Below, one piece after another: positions 1 through 475 of a stretch of 475 nucleotides of DNA (position 1 is the stretch's first letter; every line of letters begins with the position of its first letter). Position numbers and translations under genes: made by a program. This DNA is from Escherichia coli (lineage in GTDB: Bacteria > Pseudomonadota > Gammaproteobacteria > Enterobacterales > Enterobacteriaceae), in NCBI RefSeq assembly GCF_003334385.1, contig NZ_QOWN01000177.1; one strand, given 5' to 3'. The notes under the pieces were generated by a model. That model had not been told where the DNA came from, did no database searches, and saw only the letters and a program-made list of their open reading frames with translations.

Positions 1-191
1 CCCTTATCCTTTGTTGCCAGCGGTCCGGCCGGGAACTCAAAGGAGACTGCCAGTGATAAACTGGAGGAAGGTGGGGATGACGTCAAGTCATCATGGCCCT
101 TACGACCAGGGCTACACACGTGCTACAATGGCGCATACAAAGAGAAGCGACCTCGCGAGAGCAAGCGGACCTCATAAAGTGCGTCGTAGTC

Positions 192-242
<51 letters not shown>

Positions 243-256
243 TGGATCAGAATGCC

Positions 257-310
<54 letters not shown>

Positions 311-367
311 GGTTGCAAAAGAAGTAGGTAGCTTAACCTTCGGGAGGGCGCTTACCACTTTGTGATT

Positions 368-402
<35 letters not shown>

Positions 403-410
403 GGGGAACC
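403..410 (+). other. rrs: Helix 45 GGAA tetraloop carrying the KsgA/RsmA dimethyladenosine positions A1518/A1519 (window 407-408)
   Basis: GGGGAACC at 403-410, with A407 and A408 mapping to E. coli A1518 and A1519. The loop is universally conserved. Methylation status cannot be read from DNA. Confidence 0.9.
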
Positions 411-423
411 TGCGGTTGGATCA

Positions 424-428
424 CCTCC
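424..428 (+). other. rrs: Anti-Shine-Dalgarno sequence (CCUCC) at the 3' tail of 16S rRNA
   Basis: CACCTCCTTA at 422-431 ends the mature rRNA. CCTCC at 424-428 is the canonical anti-SD that pairs with mRNA ribosome-binding sites. Confidence 0.95.
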
Positions 429-431
429 TTA

Positions 432-475
432 CCTTAAAGAAGCGTACTTTGCAGTGCTCACACAGATTGTCTGAT
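432..475 (+). other. First 44 nt of the 16S-23S internal transcribed spacer (partial; continues beyond window)
   Basis: Sequence immediately 3' of the mature 16S end, CCTTAAAGAAGCGTACTTTGCAGTGCTCACACAGATTGTCTGAT, matches the start of the enterobacterial rrn spacer as I remember it. It is the 3' trailer of the 17S precursor, which pairs with the 5' leader to form the RNase III processing stem (established knowledge). The spacer tRNA gene(s) lie further downstream, outside the window. Confidence 0.9.

Noticed and set aside
40-71. Shine-Dalgarno-like purine-rich motifs (AAGGAGA at 40-46, GGAGGAAGG at 63-71)
   Set aside because: They are internal to the mature 16S rRNA, in the V7/helix 34-38 region. 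They are not upstream of any plausible start codon in a real gene and are part of the conserved rRNA sequence.

Overview
This window is not a novel system. It is the 3' end of a bacterial 16S rRNA gene (rrs) on the + strand, followed by the first 44 nt of the 16S-23S internal transcribed spacer. Positions 1-431 match, from memory, E. coli 16S positions ~1112-1542 essentially base for base, so the source is Enterobacteriaceae, most likely Escherichia/Shigella. Anchors are the universal decoding-site motif GTACACACCGCCCGTCACACC (281-301), the 1492R primer site AAGTCGTAACAAGGTAACCGTA (381-402), the GGAA loop of helix 45 (405-408) and the terminal GGATCACCTCCTTA with the anti-Shine-Dalgarno CCTCC (418-431). 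The two ORFs in the six-frame track are spurious translations of rRNA. All resistance-relevant positions that fall in this window are wild-type. Everything here is explained by a canonical rRNA operon; the only caveats concern rRNA copy number and which operon copy this is.
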